Source of the DNA: a virus
Reading direction: 5' to 3' (one strand)
Virus record (IMG/VR): IMGVR_UViG_3300044691_000347
Coordinates: 27,378-91,377 of that record
DNA: 64,000 bases
Part shown: piece after piece, positions 43,784 through 52,545 of the stretch
Layout of the letters: the number at the start of each line of letters is the position of its first letter
How positions within the stretch are numbered: the stretch's first letter is position 1
Position numbers and translations under genes: made by a program
Notes under the pieces: model-generated
Database searches by the model: none
The model's input: the letters and a program-made list of their open reading frames with translations, nothing else
What the model was told of the DNA's origin: nothing

Positions 43784-43986
43784 ACGTCGATCTGACGGGG
43801 GCCAAGTGGTTCAAGTCCAGTCGCAGTGGTGGGAACAAAGACTGTGTGGAGGCGGCTTTCCTCGATGGCGGCCTCGTGGGGGTGCGTGACTCCAAGAATC
43901 CCACCGGTCCGGCGCTGGTCTTCACCCCCAGCGAGTGGGACGCCTTCGCGGAAGGTGTCAAGGGCGGCGAGTTCGACCAGGCGTAA
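43780..43986 (+). CDS. DUF397 protein (copy 1)
   Basis: WFKSSRSGGNKDCVE...VGVRDSKNPTGPALVFTPSEWDAF. Confidence 0.93.
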   Translation: MNVDLTGAKWFKSSRSGGNKDCVEAAFLDGGLVGVRDSKNPTGPALVFTPSEWDAFAEGVKGGEFDQA

Positions 43987-43995
43987 CCCCTGATT

Positions 43996-44033
43996 CAACG
44001 GCTCGATTCCGGCGTGTCGGAATCGAGCCGTTG
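43996..44033. terminator. hairpin between the DUF397 copies
   Basis: CAACGGCTCGATTCCG / CGGAATCGAGCCGTTG. Confidence 0.55.
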
Positions 44034-44095
44034 TCATGTCCACCGCCAAGTCGTACCGTCAACTGCACCAACCGGTTTCGACCCGAGGAGGAAAC

Positions 44096-44296
44096 ATGGA
44101 CCTCGCCAATGCTCCATGGTTCAAAAGCAGCTACAGCGGCGGCGGCAAGGACTGCGTAGAGGCAGCGTTCCTTGGTGACGGCATGATCGGAGTCCGCGAC
44201 AGCAAGAACCCGACCGGACCCGCGCTAGCGTTCGCCCCGACAGAATGGGACGCCTTCACTTCAGGCTTGAAGAGTGGAGTATTCGATCGGCCCTAG
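44096..44296 (+). CDS. DUF397 protein (copy 2)
   Basis: WFKSSYSGGGKDCVE...IGVRDSKNPTGPAL; GAGGAGG RBS. Confidence 0.93.
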   Translation: MDLANAPWFKSSYSGGGKDCVEAAFLGDGMIGVRDSKNPTGPALAFAPTEWDAFTSGLKSGVFDRP

Positions 44297-44308
44297 GCCA
44301 CGAAAAAT

Positions 44309-44346
44309 GATGCCCCCCAAAGTCTTTCGAGACCTTGGGGGGCATC
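44309..44346. terminator. intrinsic terminator-like hairpin
   Basis: GATGCCCCCCAAAGTC-TTTCGA-GACCTTGGGGGGCATC. Confidence 0.65.
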
Positions 44347-44410
44347 TCGTCTGTCTGGGGGCTATCATTCTCGACAGGGCGGCGCGGAAGATAGCAGACG
44401 AGGGGAACCC

Positions 44411-44842
44411 ATGCGTATCAACACAATCGCCTGTGCGGTCGCGGCGGCACTACTCGCCGCCGGTGCCGTCCTGATAGAAGCACCGACCGCGCATGCTGCG
44501 AAGGACTGCGGCTTCGAGTTCTACCCCTACAGCGGCCCCACGGTGCTCGACCGAATGCAGATACGCGGCGACGGCCGAGCCGAATGCGATGCCCCACCCC
44601 AAGAGCACCACCTTGTACTTGCCCTCCAGTATCTACGCGGTGAGCGGTGGGAGACTTCAGTGTCACAAAAGTTCGACCAGATCCCCAGCCCAGCCGCGGA
44701 GTATACGATCACTGCCAACTGCTACGCCGGAACCTGGCGGATCGCGATGAGTGTGGTTGGCACGATGCAGGGCATGCCGTTCACATTCAGCGAGCAGTCG
44801 GCCACTCGGGATGTCAGCACTGCCCAATGCCCGGCCCAATGA
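44411..44842 (+). CDS. secreted protein (signal peptide, four Cys in the mature part)
   Basis: MRINTIACAVAAALLAAGAVL...AHA-AK cleavage-like site. Confidence 0.75.
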   Translation: MRINTIACAVAAALLAAGAVLIEAPTAHAAKDCGFEFYPYSGPTVLDRMQIRGDGRAECDAPPQEHHLVLALQYLRGERWETSVSQKFDQIPSPAAEYTITANCYAGTWRIAMSVVGTMQGMPFTFSEQSATRDVSTAQCPAQ

Positions 44843-44856
44843 CAGGAGACCCCCTG

Positions 44857-45045
44857 ATGGATGCGACCACGGTTCGTGAGGTGCGCAACCAGATCCAACC
44901 CCTGTACGAGCGGGTGGTTGCCGAATTGGGGCGTGAGCACCCATCAGCGGTAGCACTGGACCAGGCCGCTCGACTGCTGCCGCACACTCCGACACCTCGT
45001 CAGTACGCCGACTACACGCCCCAACCAGATCCCGAGTTGCACTGA
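44857..45045 (+). CDS. hypothetical protein
   Basis: AGGAG RBS. Confidence 0.55.
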   Translation: MDATTVREVRNQIQPLYERVVAELGREHPSAVALDQAARLLPHTPTPRQYADYTPQPDPELH

Positions 45046-45053
45046 GCAGGACG

Positions 45054-45332
45054 TCAGTACCGATCATCCACATATGGGGGCGGCTCATACTCGTCGCCCC
45101 GCTCAGCAGCATCCAACGCATCGCACAGCCGCGCCACCACTGAGGCAGAATCCTGCCCGCGGCGAAACCGCACCATCGGCGACCGCAAGATTCGGATCAC
45201 GCTGTTGACGTCATCCTTGGGTATCTGGCCGCCGATCTGTGCCTTGACAGCTACGTGCGCGTCATCCCCCGCATTGATCGCACCGACCACCACCCGGACG
45301 AGATTCTTCTGATCCGACGAAATCGAATACAT
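45054..45332 (-). CDS. hypothetical protein
   Basis: ORF track; TAGGCT just upstream suggests a leaderless transcript. Confidence 0.55.
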   Translation of the reverse strand: MYSISSDQKNLVRVVVGAINAGDDAHVAVKAQIGGQIPKDDVNSVIRILRSPMVRFRRGQDSASVVARLCDALDAAERGDEYEPPPYVDDRY

Positions 45333-45442
45333 GTTCGAAGCCTATCGGATCGGTCACTGTGTGACCAGTGGCCCTATACAGAGATGCGCCGGCTGCTCAT
45401 ACTCGGACTCGCCGGCACCACACAAATGAACCAGGACAACCG

Positions 45443-45799
45443 ATGACCATGCAGCAACCGCCCTACGGGCCGCCAGCCGACCAAGCGCAGCCCGAAGGCC
45501 GACGCCGCCTGACACTCCTCGGGTATGTCGTAGTTCTCGTGGTCGCGCTGATCATCGCCGATCAGTTTTACGGCGGACCTGGCGTTACTGCACTGCTGAT
45601 CTTCGGGGTGCCGATCTTGGTGGCTGCTCTGGTGATTCGTGCGCTCGTCCGTATCGGAGACAAGCGGCCCCCGCCGGTAGTCCTCACACAGCCGCCGACC
45701 GCCGGCCCTCCGCCGGGCTGGTATCCGGACCCATCGGGCGCGACCGGACTGCGCTGGTTCGACGGCGGTCGATGGACCGAATTCAAGCAATCTGTTTGA
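45443..45799 (+). CDS. two-TM DUF2510-domain protein
   Basis: PPPGWYPDPSG...LRWFDGGRWT. Confidence 0.85.
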   Translation: MTMQQPPYGPPADQAQPEGRRRLTLLGYVVVLVVALIIADQFYGGPGVTALLIFGVPILVAALVIRALVRIGDKRPPPVVLTQPPTAGPPPGWYPDPSGATGLRWFDGGRWTEFKQSV

Positions 45800-45814
45800 C
45801 ACAGACACGACAAA

Positions 45815-45848
45815 AGCGGCCCCGACCTCGTATGAGGTCGGGGCCGCT
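45815..45848 (-). terminator. terminator of the late (structural) operon, possibly bidirectional
   Basis: AGCGGCCCCGACCTC-N4-GAGGTCGGGGCCGCT followed by a T-run on the minus strand. Confidence 0.75.
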
Positions 45849-45865
45849 CCGACTGTCAGGGCATC

Positions 45866-47179
45866 CTACGGAATTGTCGCTTCGATGGCTTTTATGAGAG
45901 CCGTGGTCCCCTGATAGCTGGGATGGACCATGTCGCAAGTGAGTTGAGTGTCTATATTTGCTGTCGTGGCCGATACCGCCGACGCGGACGGCACTCTCAG
46001 TTGGCTATCTGAATCAATCACACCTGCAATGCCGTAAGGTAATTGCGAAAGCCATTGATTGAATTGCTTCCTGACCGTTTCCTTAGTCGTAGTCGCCCCC
46101 GAATATGGAGTAAAATTGACCGCATATATTGGAACAGTCGTGCCAACGATCGCACGCAGGTTCGTTAGACAGCTTGTCCAATACGATTGAATATTAGCTA
46201 GGGTCGTGGCACTTGCCATATCATTGCAGCCAACAGCCAACACGGCTGCATCGAAGTGGGCACTACCTGTGCTCTGCCGTGTGTATTCGGTATGCGATGA
46301 ACTTACCAGCGTCTGAGCCAAGATCCCATACAGCGAATGATTCTGCACCATATAATCGCCGCGCTTCGCCGCCCATTGATCCCAGAATCGGAAATACCAC
46401 GGTGTGGGGGCCGCATCAATCGCCGACCCATTCAAGGCCCACGACGGTCCCTGGGTTCCCTCCGGGATCGAGTCACCGAGGACCATGAGAGCCTTTTTAC
46501 GGTTCGTAGTGTCATACTCGATGACCACATCCAACGGCACCCAATAGGAGGTACCACCAGACGAAGCGGTTGCCGGATTAACTGCTGACGTGGTATCAGT
46601 CCAGTACCAAACCTTACCAATGCCGGTTTGCAACGTCTGGGATGTTCCGTGACATGCGATCGCAAGCAACCAGTCCACACCGTCGAACACTTGGTCGCCA
46701 CTCGCAGTGATATCAGATGGGATCGTGTAATAGGTCGCGGTGGTGGGAATAGTTCCCGACGTGACTACCGTAGTTGCGGTGCTACCGAGAAAGTTGCCCG
46801 TCGGGCCAGCTGTACCTACAGTCTGCGTTGTCGCTTGACCGACAATGATCTTGTCGATAGTCATGGATTGACTACCAGCGGCAGACGTCGCGCTATTGTA
46901 ATTCCTGATCTTAATCCGCCATGCCGTCGTGTTTGCAGGCAGCCGGAAAGGAATACGGAACGACAGGTTAGTGACTGACGCGAGAGTGGTCGCACCGCCC
47001 CCCACGAACGCCACCGATTGACCGCCCTGACCGCCGTTACTACAGGACAGGGTGCGGCTTGTCGATGCATGTTGGGTGGCGGCTTCGAAGATTCCGGCCT
47101 CCATATGATTCAGATTTGCCGCAGATATAGGCGATGATGTCGCCGGAGAATCCGCCCAAGTCTGCTGGGTATATGCCAT
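45866..47179 (-). CDS. tail-associated SGNH/GDSL hydrolase
   Basis: LGDSI, GCND and DMVHP catalytic blocks; structural-type N-terminus MAYTQQTW...ISAANLNHMEAGI. Confidence 0.8.
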   Translation of the reverse strand: MAYTQQTWADSPATSSPISAANLNHMEAGIFEAATQHASTSRTLSCSNGGQGGQSVAFVGGGATTLASVTNLSFRIPFRLPANTTAWRIKIRNYNSATSAAGSQSMTIDKIIVGQATTQTVGTAGPTGNFLGSTATTVVTSGTIPTTATYYTIPSDITASGDQVFDGVDWLLAIACHGTSQTLQTGIGKVWYWTDTTSAVNPATASSGGTSYWVPLDVVIEYDTTNRKKALMVLGDSIPEGTQGPSWALNGSAIDAAPTPWYFRFWDQWAAKRGDYMVQNHSLYGILAQTLVSSSHTEYTRQSTGSAHFDAAVLAVGCNDMASATTLANIQSYWTSCLTNLRAIVGTTVPIYAVNFTPYSGATTTKETVRKQFNQWLSQLPYGIAGVIDSDSQLRVPSASAVSATTANIDTQLTCDMVHPSYQGTTALIKAIEATIP

Positions 47180-47736
47180 TAAGGTGCCCCCGGATAGAGA
47201 GTCGACGACGGATACAAGGATCCGGACGGATAAGGGACAGATAGTCTGCCTGTTGCAGACGGAGATCCAGCACCAGAGAATGCGGCGGTCGCCTCGGGCA
47301 CTCCGGTAGAGGACAGTGCGCCGCTCGCGGAAAACCCTGCTTTCGCTTCAGCGATAGCGGTGACAGTAAAGGTGCCGACGCCTGTGAAATTCGCTGCGGC
47401 AGTCAATACGGCCGTCACGGATAGGACACCCGAGCCCGCGAAGCCGGCTGTGGCCTCGTGGCCGCCACTCAAAGTTCCACTGCCCGCGAAACCGGCAGTT
47501 GCTGCTACACCACCCGCCGCGGCACCGAGTAGCCCGGAGCCACTGAATGTCGCAATAGCGCGCGGCGACGCCGAAGCAGAGAGTGTGCCGCTACCAGTGA
47601 AGCCGCCAAGCGAAATGATGTATACCAGCCAGGCAGGGAGGATCGAGTTTGTTCCGTCGGGTAGCGCTCCAATAGATGTGCTGCCGCCCGGGAGGCCGAC
47701 ACCTTTAGCTGCGGTGCCTTTAGGGAGCAGTGGCAT
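47179..47736 (-). CDS. Gly/Ala-rich minor tail protein
   Basis: Repeated F(S/A)GSG.LS units; YPSGSLYPSSTLYP tail. Confidence 0.75.
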   Translation of the reverse strand: MPLLPKGTAAKGVGLPGGSTSIGALPDGTNSILPAWLVYIISLGGFTGSGTLSASASPRAIATFSGSGLLGAAAGGVAATAGFAGSGTLSGGHEATAGFAGSGVLSVTAVLTAAANFTGVGTFTVTAIAEAKAGFSASGALSSTGVPEATAAFSGAGSPSATGRLSVPYPSGSLYPSSTLYPGAP

Positions 47737-47741
47737 CAGCG

Positions 47742-48095
47742 TCAGCTCTGAACGAAGCCAGGGGTGATCTTGACGGTCGTCGCGCCACCGACCGTCAGGC
47801 TCGGGGTGAGCAGAGCTTTGTCGTAGAAGGCGCCCGCAGTGCTCGCGGAATTCAGGCCGCAATATGTGAAGGTTCCGGTCGGCACATTGAAAGTCAGTTC
47901 GGCCATGGTCAGGACACCGCCCGTGCCTGACGTCCAGGTGCCTTGTACGCGGACGTAACTGCCGCCGGTCACCTCGCTAGCGCCGGTCGTTCCCGGGTCG
48001 CCTGTGTGGAGTGAAACCCACACTGTGGATGCGCCGGTGAGAGTCTTGTATGCGTCGGCTAGAACTTGCCGAGTCGCCGCCACAGATATTGCCAT
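47742..48095 (-). CDS. minor tail protein
   Basis: WVSLHTGDPGTTGASEVTGGSY.R motif. Confidence 0.8.
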   Translation of the reverse strand: MAISVAATRQVLADAYKTLTGASTVWVSLHTGDPGTTGASEVTGGSYVRVQGTWTSGTGGVLTMAELTFNVPTGTFTYCGLNSASTAGAFYDKALLTPSLTVGGATTVKITPGFVQS

Positions 48096-48104
48096 GTGTT
48101 GCTC

Positions 48105-48416
48105 CTATGCGCGGGCGACTTGGCCCGAATACCAGCAGACGTCGTTGCCGTCCGAATAGTGGACGTAGATCCGGAAATTAGCTGGCAGATTGATAGTGTC
48201 GGAGACGGCGTAATCGACATCCCAGGAAATATTTGCCGACGTGACTGTCGCATCCCAGGTCGCGAGGACTGTCGCCCACTGGGTGTCGTAAATGATGAGG
48301 TCGACAGTCGTGCCAGCCGGGACGATCGCGCCCGATGGCATGTCGATTTCGTGTTCGAAGTCCTGCCCAGGGATGAGCAGGAGTGTCGCAGTAATCGGAC
48401 GATTACCGATATCCAT
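48105..48416 (-). CDS. minor tail/baseplate-associated protein
   Basis: IGNRP...L..GQDF...WYSGQV. Confidence 0.7.
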   Translation of the reverse strand: MDIGNRPITATLLLIPGQDFEHEIDMPSGAIVPAGTTVDLIIYDTQWATVLATWDATVTSANISWDVDYAVSDTINLPANFRIYVHYSDGNDVCWYSGQVARA

Positions 48417-48462
48417 AAAAGTCCCCTTTTGCGGGGTTGAGTAGATGCCGGAGCAGGCACCG

Positions 48463-48891
48463 CTAATGTCTGTGCAAGGTCGGGTGCACTGCGCGCGGAT
48501 ATTTGTCGAAAGGCGCTGGCGACCAGTCCGGATCGTCCGCGGTCAGTGCGGCAACAAGGTCGTCGTAGAAACAGCCCTCTTGGCCCTGCTCATACATCAC
48601 ATGGCCGACATCCTCGCCCGGATGGGCCAGCCGCTCAAACTCCCTGTGGCACTCCAAGAAAGCCACGAATAGGCGCACGGCTCCGGTACCTGTCGCCTCG
48701 GTCGGTGCGCCAAGCGGGTCATATTCTGGATCGTCAGCTTTGATGGCTTCCCACAGTTTCGGAACAACGATCTGATGCACGAACCGGCGTCCAGGGTCCA
48801 GCCGTTCGAGCGCGACATATTTGCGAGCCCCGAAACCGTCCAGCACAGCGGTATTCAGTAATGCTTTGACATGGAAGAGTTTGTCAGTCAA
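48463..48891 (-). CDS. hypothetical protein within the tail module
   Basis: ORF track; RBS GAGGTG. Confidence 0.6.
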   Translation of the reverse strand: MTDKLFHVKALLNTAVLDGFGARKYVALERLDPGRRFVHQIVVPKLWEAIKADDPEYDPLGAPTEATGTGAVRLFVAFLECHREFERLAHPGEDVGHVMYEQGQEGCFYDDLVAALTADDPDWSPAPFDKYPRAVHPTLHRH

Positions 48892-48898
48892 CGAATCG

Positions 48899-49765
48899 TC
48901 ACCTCAGCACATAAAACGGGAGCTTCGTCGAGGCGCTATAGTTCAAACTCGACTCGGTGATGCTGGACGGGACCGCGGTATAGGCTCCCGCGTAGCAGTA
49001 ATTCTTGCGGGGAAACTGGGTCGCTGGCGGCGAAATATCGGTGAGCGACGTCCGCATCAAGCTCGCGCACGTCTGAAAAAGACTAGTCACCTGAAGGACG
49101 CCCACAGCGAAAATATCGTTCTGGCTAGCCGTGATCGTGTAGCCCAACGAGAACCGTTGCTCTGTATTCGTCGTCGTGATGCTGGACGCGAGATTCGTGG
49201 TGGCAGACGCGGTGTTGAGCAATGTCAGATTGCCTGTGGTCGGGTCACAATAGAAGACACCGACATACGCGCCAGTGATGCCAGCAAATGTCGAACTGTT
49301 CCCGGTAATGAATCCGACCTGCGTGTACGTGCGGTCTTTCGCGGCCCGAATATAGCCGATCTCCAGGAAATCACTTCCATTACCCGCCGGCTGATAATCG
49401 GGTACCACTCCGAGGCCATGTGTGTGTGCTGACGCGGTGCTCCCGCCGCCAGACGATGTGCCTGAGGCTGAACCGAAACTGAGACTCGATCGCAGAAAAG
49501 TGGCGTCCTCATCATCGTTGATCGAATACCATAGTGCAGACCCGACAGGGATTTGCGAGAGGGAAGGTTTACCGGAAACCGCAACCTCAACATCGCCGAT
49601 ACGATCAGTAACTGTCGTTTGAAGTACCCCTTGGGCACCGCCGATCGACGACACAGCCCCGCTAGTCATCGATGTCTCAGCGTCGGATTGCGTCATCGCC
49701 TGAAACGCCGCGAAATCCCCTGGATTTAGTGAGCCAGACGGATCCGCATTATTAGGGGCAGTCAA
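48899..49765 (-). CDS. minor tail protein
   Basis: MTAPN...P start, Ser/Thr-rich, tail context. Confidence 0.75.
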   Translation of the reverse strand: MTAPNNADPSGSLNPGDFAAFQAMTQSDAETSMTSGAVSSIGGAQGVLQTTVTDRIGDVEVAVSGKPSLSQIPVGSALWYSINDDEDATFLRSSLSFGSASGTSSGGGSTASAHTHGLGVVPDYQPAGNGSDFLEIGYIRAAKDRTYTQVGFITGNSSTFAGITGAYVGVFYCDPTTGNLTLLNTASATTNLASSITTTNTEQRFSLGYTITASQNDIFAVGVLQVTSLFQTCASLMRTSLTDISPPATQFPRKNYCYAGAYTAVPSSITESSLNYSASTKLPFYVLR

Positions 49766-49821
49766 CTACTCACACCCTTTACATGACTATTTGAATCAGT
49801 GAATTAGATGACAGAACGAGA

Positions 49822-50136
49822 TCAGTAGACGCGATCTCGGAGCGAATCAATAACTTCTTTCAAACGCAACGACTTGTCGACCGGAGCGCACTGCGGAACC
49901 AGCTCATCCAAAAGGCGAATCAGCTCACGCATTATAGGTTTCAACTCACGCAACTCTTTACGCATTTTTTCGTAGTCGTCCGCCACCCCGGCAGCGATTT
50001 GAGTGAACTTTTCAGCCGCATCCGCCTTCGAGGACGGAGAATTCTTGGTGATGCGACCCTGAATAATCGGCGATATGATCGTCCCCACCAAAGCGAGCAT
50101 CGCGACCCACAAAGGGAGAGAAGCGGCGGTAAACAC
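49822..50136 (-). CDS. lysis-associated membrane protein (one TM plus coiled coil)
   Basis: N-terminal TM; downstream of the holin. Confidence 0.65.
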   Translation of the reverse strand: MFTAASLPLWVAMLALVGTIISPIIQGRITKNSPSSKADAAEKFTQIAAGVADDYEKMRKELRELKPIMRELIRLLDELVPQCAPVDKSLRLKEVIDSLRDRVY

Positions 50137-50631
50137 TCACAGCCTCTCAATCGCGCGGATTCTTCGCACATCCCGAAGCACCAAAACAGATGCACACACA
50201 GCCAAAGAAGAAACAATGAAAGCAGCGAAAATGCCTCGCACCAGCCAAGCCGACGAGAAAGCCGCAATCACATACGTTAAACAAACCATCATGATCGCCA
50301 TATCGCCGCCCGCCTGCGCATACCAACCCCGATAGATGTAGCCGCCCCCGCCACACCTGTCCTCGCTCAAAACCAGACGCTCACCGCGCGCAACCATCCA
50401 AACGCCAACACCGACAAGAAGGGGCCCTATCATCGTCAACGCCACCCACACGGCATTCATTAGCGGGCCTAGCTTATCGTTCACTGTCGTCGGGGCACCG
50501 AAGTACAGCATATAAAACCCTGACAAGGCCATACCCAGATAGACAATCACCTGAAACAGGCGAAGTTCATCAGAGTCTACGAGCGCAAAAAACCGGCGCC
50601 GCGCAGAATCAGCCCACTTGAAGACGGACAT
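50137..50631 (-). CDS. four-TM membrane protein of the lysis cassette
   Basis: Four hydrophobic segments. Confidence 0.7.
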   Translation of the reverse strand: MSVFKWADSARRRFFALVDSDELRLFQVIVYLGMALSGFYMLYFGAPTTVNDKLGPLMNAVWVALTMIGPLLVGVGVWMVARGERLVLSEDRCGGGGYIYRGWYAQAGGDMAIMMVCLTYVIAAFSSAWLVRGIFAAFIVSSLAVCASVLVLRDVRRIRAIERL

Positions 50632-50694
50632 AACAAACCCTCTCAAAGTAGGGCTACACGCAGTCGCGTAGCCCTACCAATCAGCTACGCAAAA

Positions 50695-50910
50695 TCAGGC
50701 TTTCGTTGGCTTCACCTGAGACCGAACCAGTTCAGTCGCCGGAACACCCAGCAGGGCCGCGACAATCGCGTCAATCAAATCGCCGGTAGCGCCGTCGATG
50801 CCGTACTTCACCAGCAGCACACCGACAAGACCAGTCAGGATCGTGTACAGAACTACACGGACCGGCTGCTGAATCCACAGCTGCTTCAGGTAATTGAGAA
50901 TAGTAGTCAC
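50695..50910 (-). CDS. holin
   Basis: Two TMs, QPVRV...ELVRSQVKP; directly after the endolysin. Confidence 0.75.
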   Translation of the reverse strand: MTTILNYLKQLWIQQPVRVVLYTILTGLVGVLLVKYGIDGATGDLIDAIVAALLGVPATELVRSQVKPTKA

Positions 50911-50923
50911 GTTTGATACTTCC

Positions 50924-51844
50924 TTACTTAGAAGGCTCGACAATGGTCAGCAGCTCTGCGACAGCATCGACCACTGTGCGGTTGCCGAGCTGCGGCCAGC
51001 CGCCGAAATTGTGGTTGGGACCGCCCAACTGATCGCGCACCTCTGCCAGAGCGTCCACGAGCGACAGGCCGCCAAGCTGCGGCCAGCCATTACCGTCAGG
51101 GCCACGGAGCTGATCCCAAACATCCTGAAGCAGTTGAGCCTGTGCAGGGGTCATTTCGTTGTCTCCTACGCCGCACGCAGCGGCGAAATCGTCAGCGGAC
51201 AAACCATCCGCTGCATTCATGTCGCAGTTTCCGAACGGCGAACAGCCGAGCGGAAGCGATGCGAGGCCAGCACGGTTCAACGACCGCCGCAAACCCTCGC
51301 TAGTGTGGTTGTGCAGCTTCGCCTTCCACGGCCGCGAATACACGCCATCCGTGAATTGATGGGCGATCTGGCCGGGCAGCTGGGGGTCGCTGCCGTAACC
51401 GGCGCCGATCATGCGGAGCCCGTCCGGGCGTGTGCGCCACAGCGAGTTGAAGTCCGACTTGTTGGCGTAGCCGATCACCCGGAGTGGGTTGCCCAGCCAG
51501 TCCGCGAGCGCCCAATAGGCGCTATTGATGCCGCCCGACTGATCGCCACCAGGATTGCCGCCCGACTCGACATCCAGCATGGCGACCATCTTCGGGTGAG
51601 GCGTCCCGACCATGGATTGCATAGTGCTGACGCAGTCCGCCCAGTTTGATCGCCAATAGAAGTAGACGATCCCCGCGGTGAGCGTGCCGGCGTCGAGGGC
51701 GTCGCACATCCAGCGGTAGTTGGTGGCGAAGTTGCCGTCCCTGTAGGTGCCGTCGTTGCTGCGGATGGAAAGGATCGGGTAGGGGTAGGTGTCGTCGACC
51801 GGTACTTGGAACTCGGAGACATCAGCGAACAGGGTGTCGGTCAC
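50924..51844 (-). CDS. endolysin (lysin A; GH25-like catalytic domain plus GWPQLG repeats)
   Basis: FADVSEFQ, MLDVESGGN, HQFTDG and CDMN motifs; two GWPQLG..T/SLVDA repeats. Confidence 0.88.
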   Translation of the reverse strand: MTDTLFADVSEFQVPVDDTYPYPILSIRSNDGTYRDGNFATNYRWMCDALDAGTLTAGIVYFYWRSNWADCVSTMQSMVGTPHPKMVAMLDVESGGNPGGDQSGGINSAYWALADWLGNPLRVIGYANKSDFNSLWRTRPDGLRMIGAGYGSDPQLPGQIAHQFTDGVYSRPWKAKLHNHTSEGLRRSLNRAGLASLPLGCSPFGNCDMNAADGLSADDFAAACGVGDNEMTPAQAQLLQDVWDQLRGPDGNGWPQLGGLSLVDALAEVRDQLGGPNHNFGGWPQLGNRTVVDAVAELLTIVEPSK

Positions 51845-52530
51845 AACCCAACCTCCTTATATCTCTTCAGGATTCCGGCACGACCGTCACCCATGTGGCG
51901 CTCAATGGCGACCACGCGGTCTTGCTCATCTGGGGCAGCATCCCGCAGGTAGGCCAAGACTTCGGTCACGGTCTTCGCGATCGGATCGAACGGCCGCGGC
52001 TTGTTGCTGACCGTCGCACCGTCACGTGACGGCTTGCCGCGCTGTCGAGTCGGCGGGGCAGACCCGTCGTATCCGGCAACGATCTGCGAGTCCGGGACAG
52101 CCATGGCGGGATCAAACCCGAGCGCTTCCGCCAACTGCCGCTTCGCATCCTGCGGGAGACTCCCCACGAACTCTTTGATGTCGAACTGGCTCCGGTCAGG
52201 TTCGGCGACATCCACCCACACACCAGGGCTCGTAAGCCAGTGCGGGTCGCTCGTGCGGGGGCGCTGATATTTGATCGTCTGCTCCGCAGGGATCACTGAG
52301 CCCTCAGGGCGCGCGCCACAGTCCCACTGCCGGCGAGACACCATCCGCAGGTACTCGGTCGGGAACGCGAGCGGAGCGCCCCGCATGCCGGGAAGGCCGC
52401 CGTACGTCCAGACAAATGCTTCTTCAGGGCAGTTCGGGTTGCATAGCTTCTGTTCCGGGAAAGTGCCGTCAGACAGCCATGGCGACGTATCCACCTCGAT
52501 ATCGCCGTCCGCTGTGTGGACTGTGACCAT
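51841..52530 (-). CDS. minor tail protein (DUF2744-like)
   Basis: CNPNCPEEAFVW...LPG..GAPL...IKYQRP...W; after the Tal-like gene. Confidence 0.75.
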   Translation of the reverse strand: MVTVHTADGDIEVDTSPWLSDGTFPEQKLCNPNCPEEAFVWTYGGLPGMRGAPLAFPTEYLRMVSRRQWDCGARPEGSVIPAEQTIKYQRPRTSDPHWLTSPGVWVDVAEPDRSQFDIKEFVGSLPQDAKRQLAEALGFDPAMAVPDSQIVAGYDGSAPPTRQRGKPSRDGATVSNKPRPFDPIAKTVTEVLAYLRDAAPDEQDRVVAIERHMGDGRAGILKRYKEVGL

Positions 52531-52545
52531 AGGGTGGCTCCTCGC

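Noticed and set aside
42893-44296. Firm call as a toxin-antitoxin system
   Set aside because: DUF397/Xre pairs were predicted as TA, but regulatory roles are better supported and the sequence gives no evidence of toxicity.
47230-47620. DNA tandem repeat array
   Set aside because: The periodicity is explained by protein-level F(S/A)GSG.L repeats of a minor tail protein, with degenerate codons.
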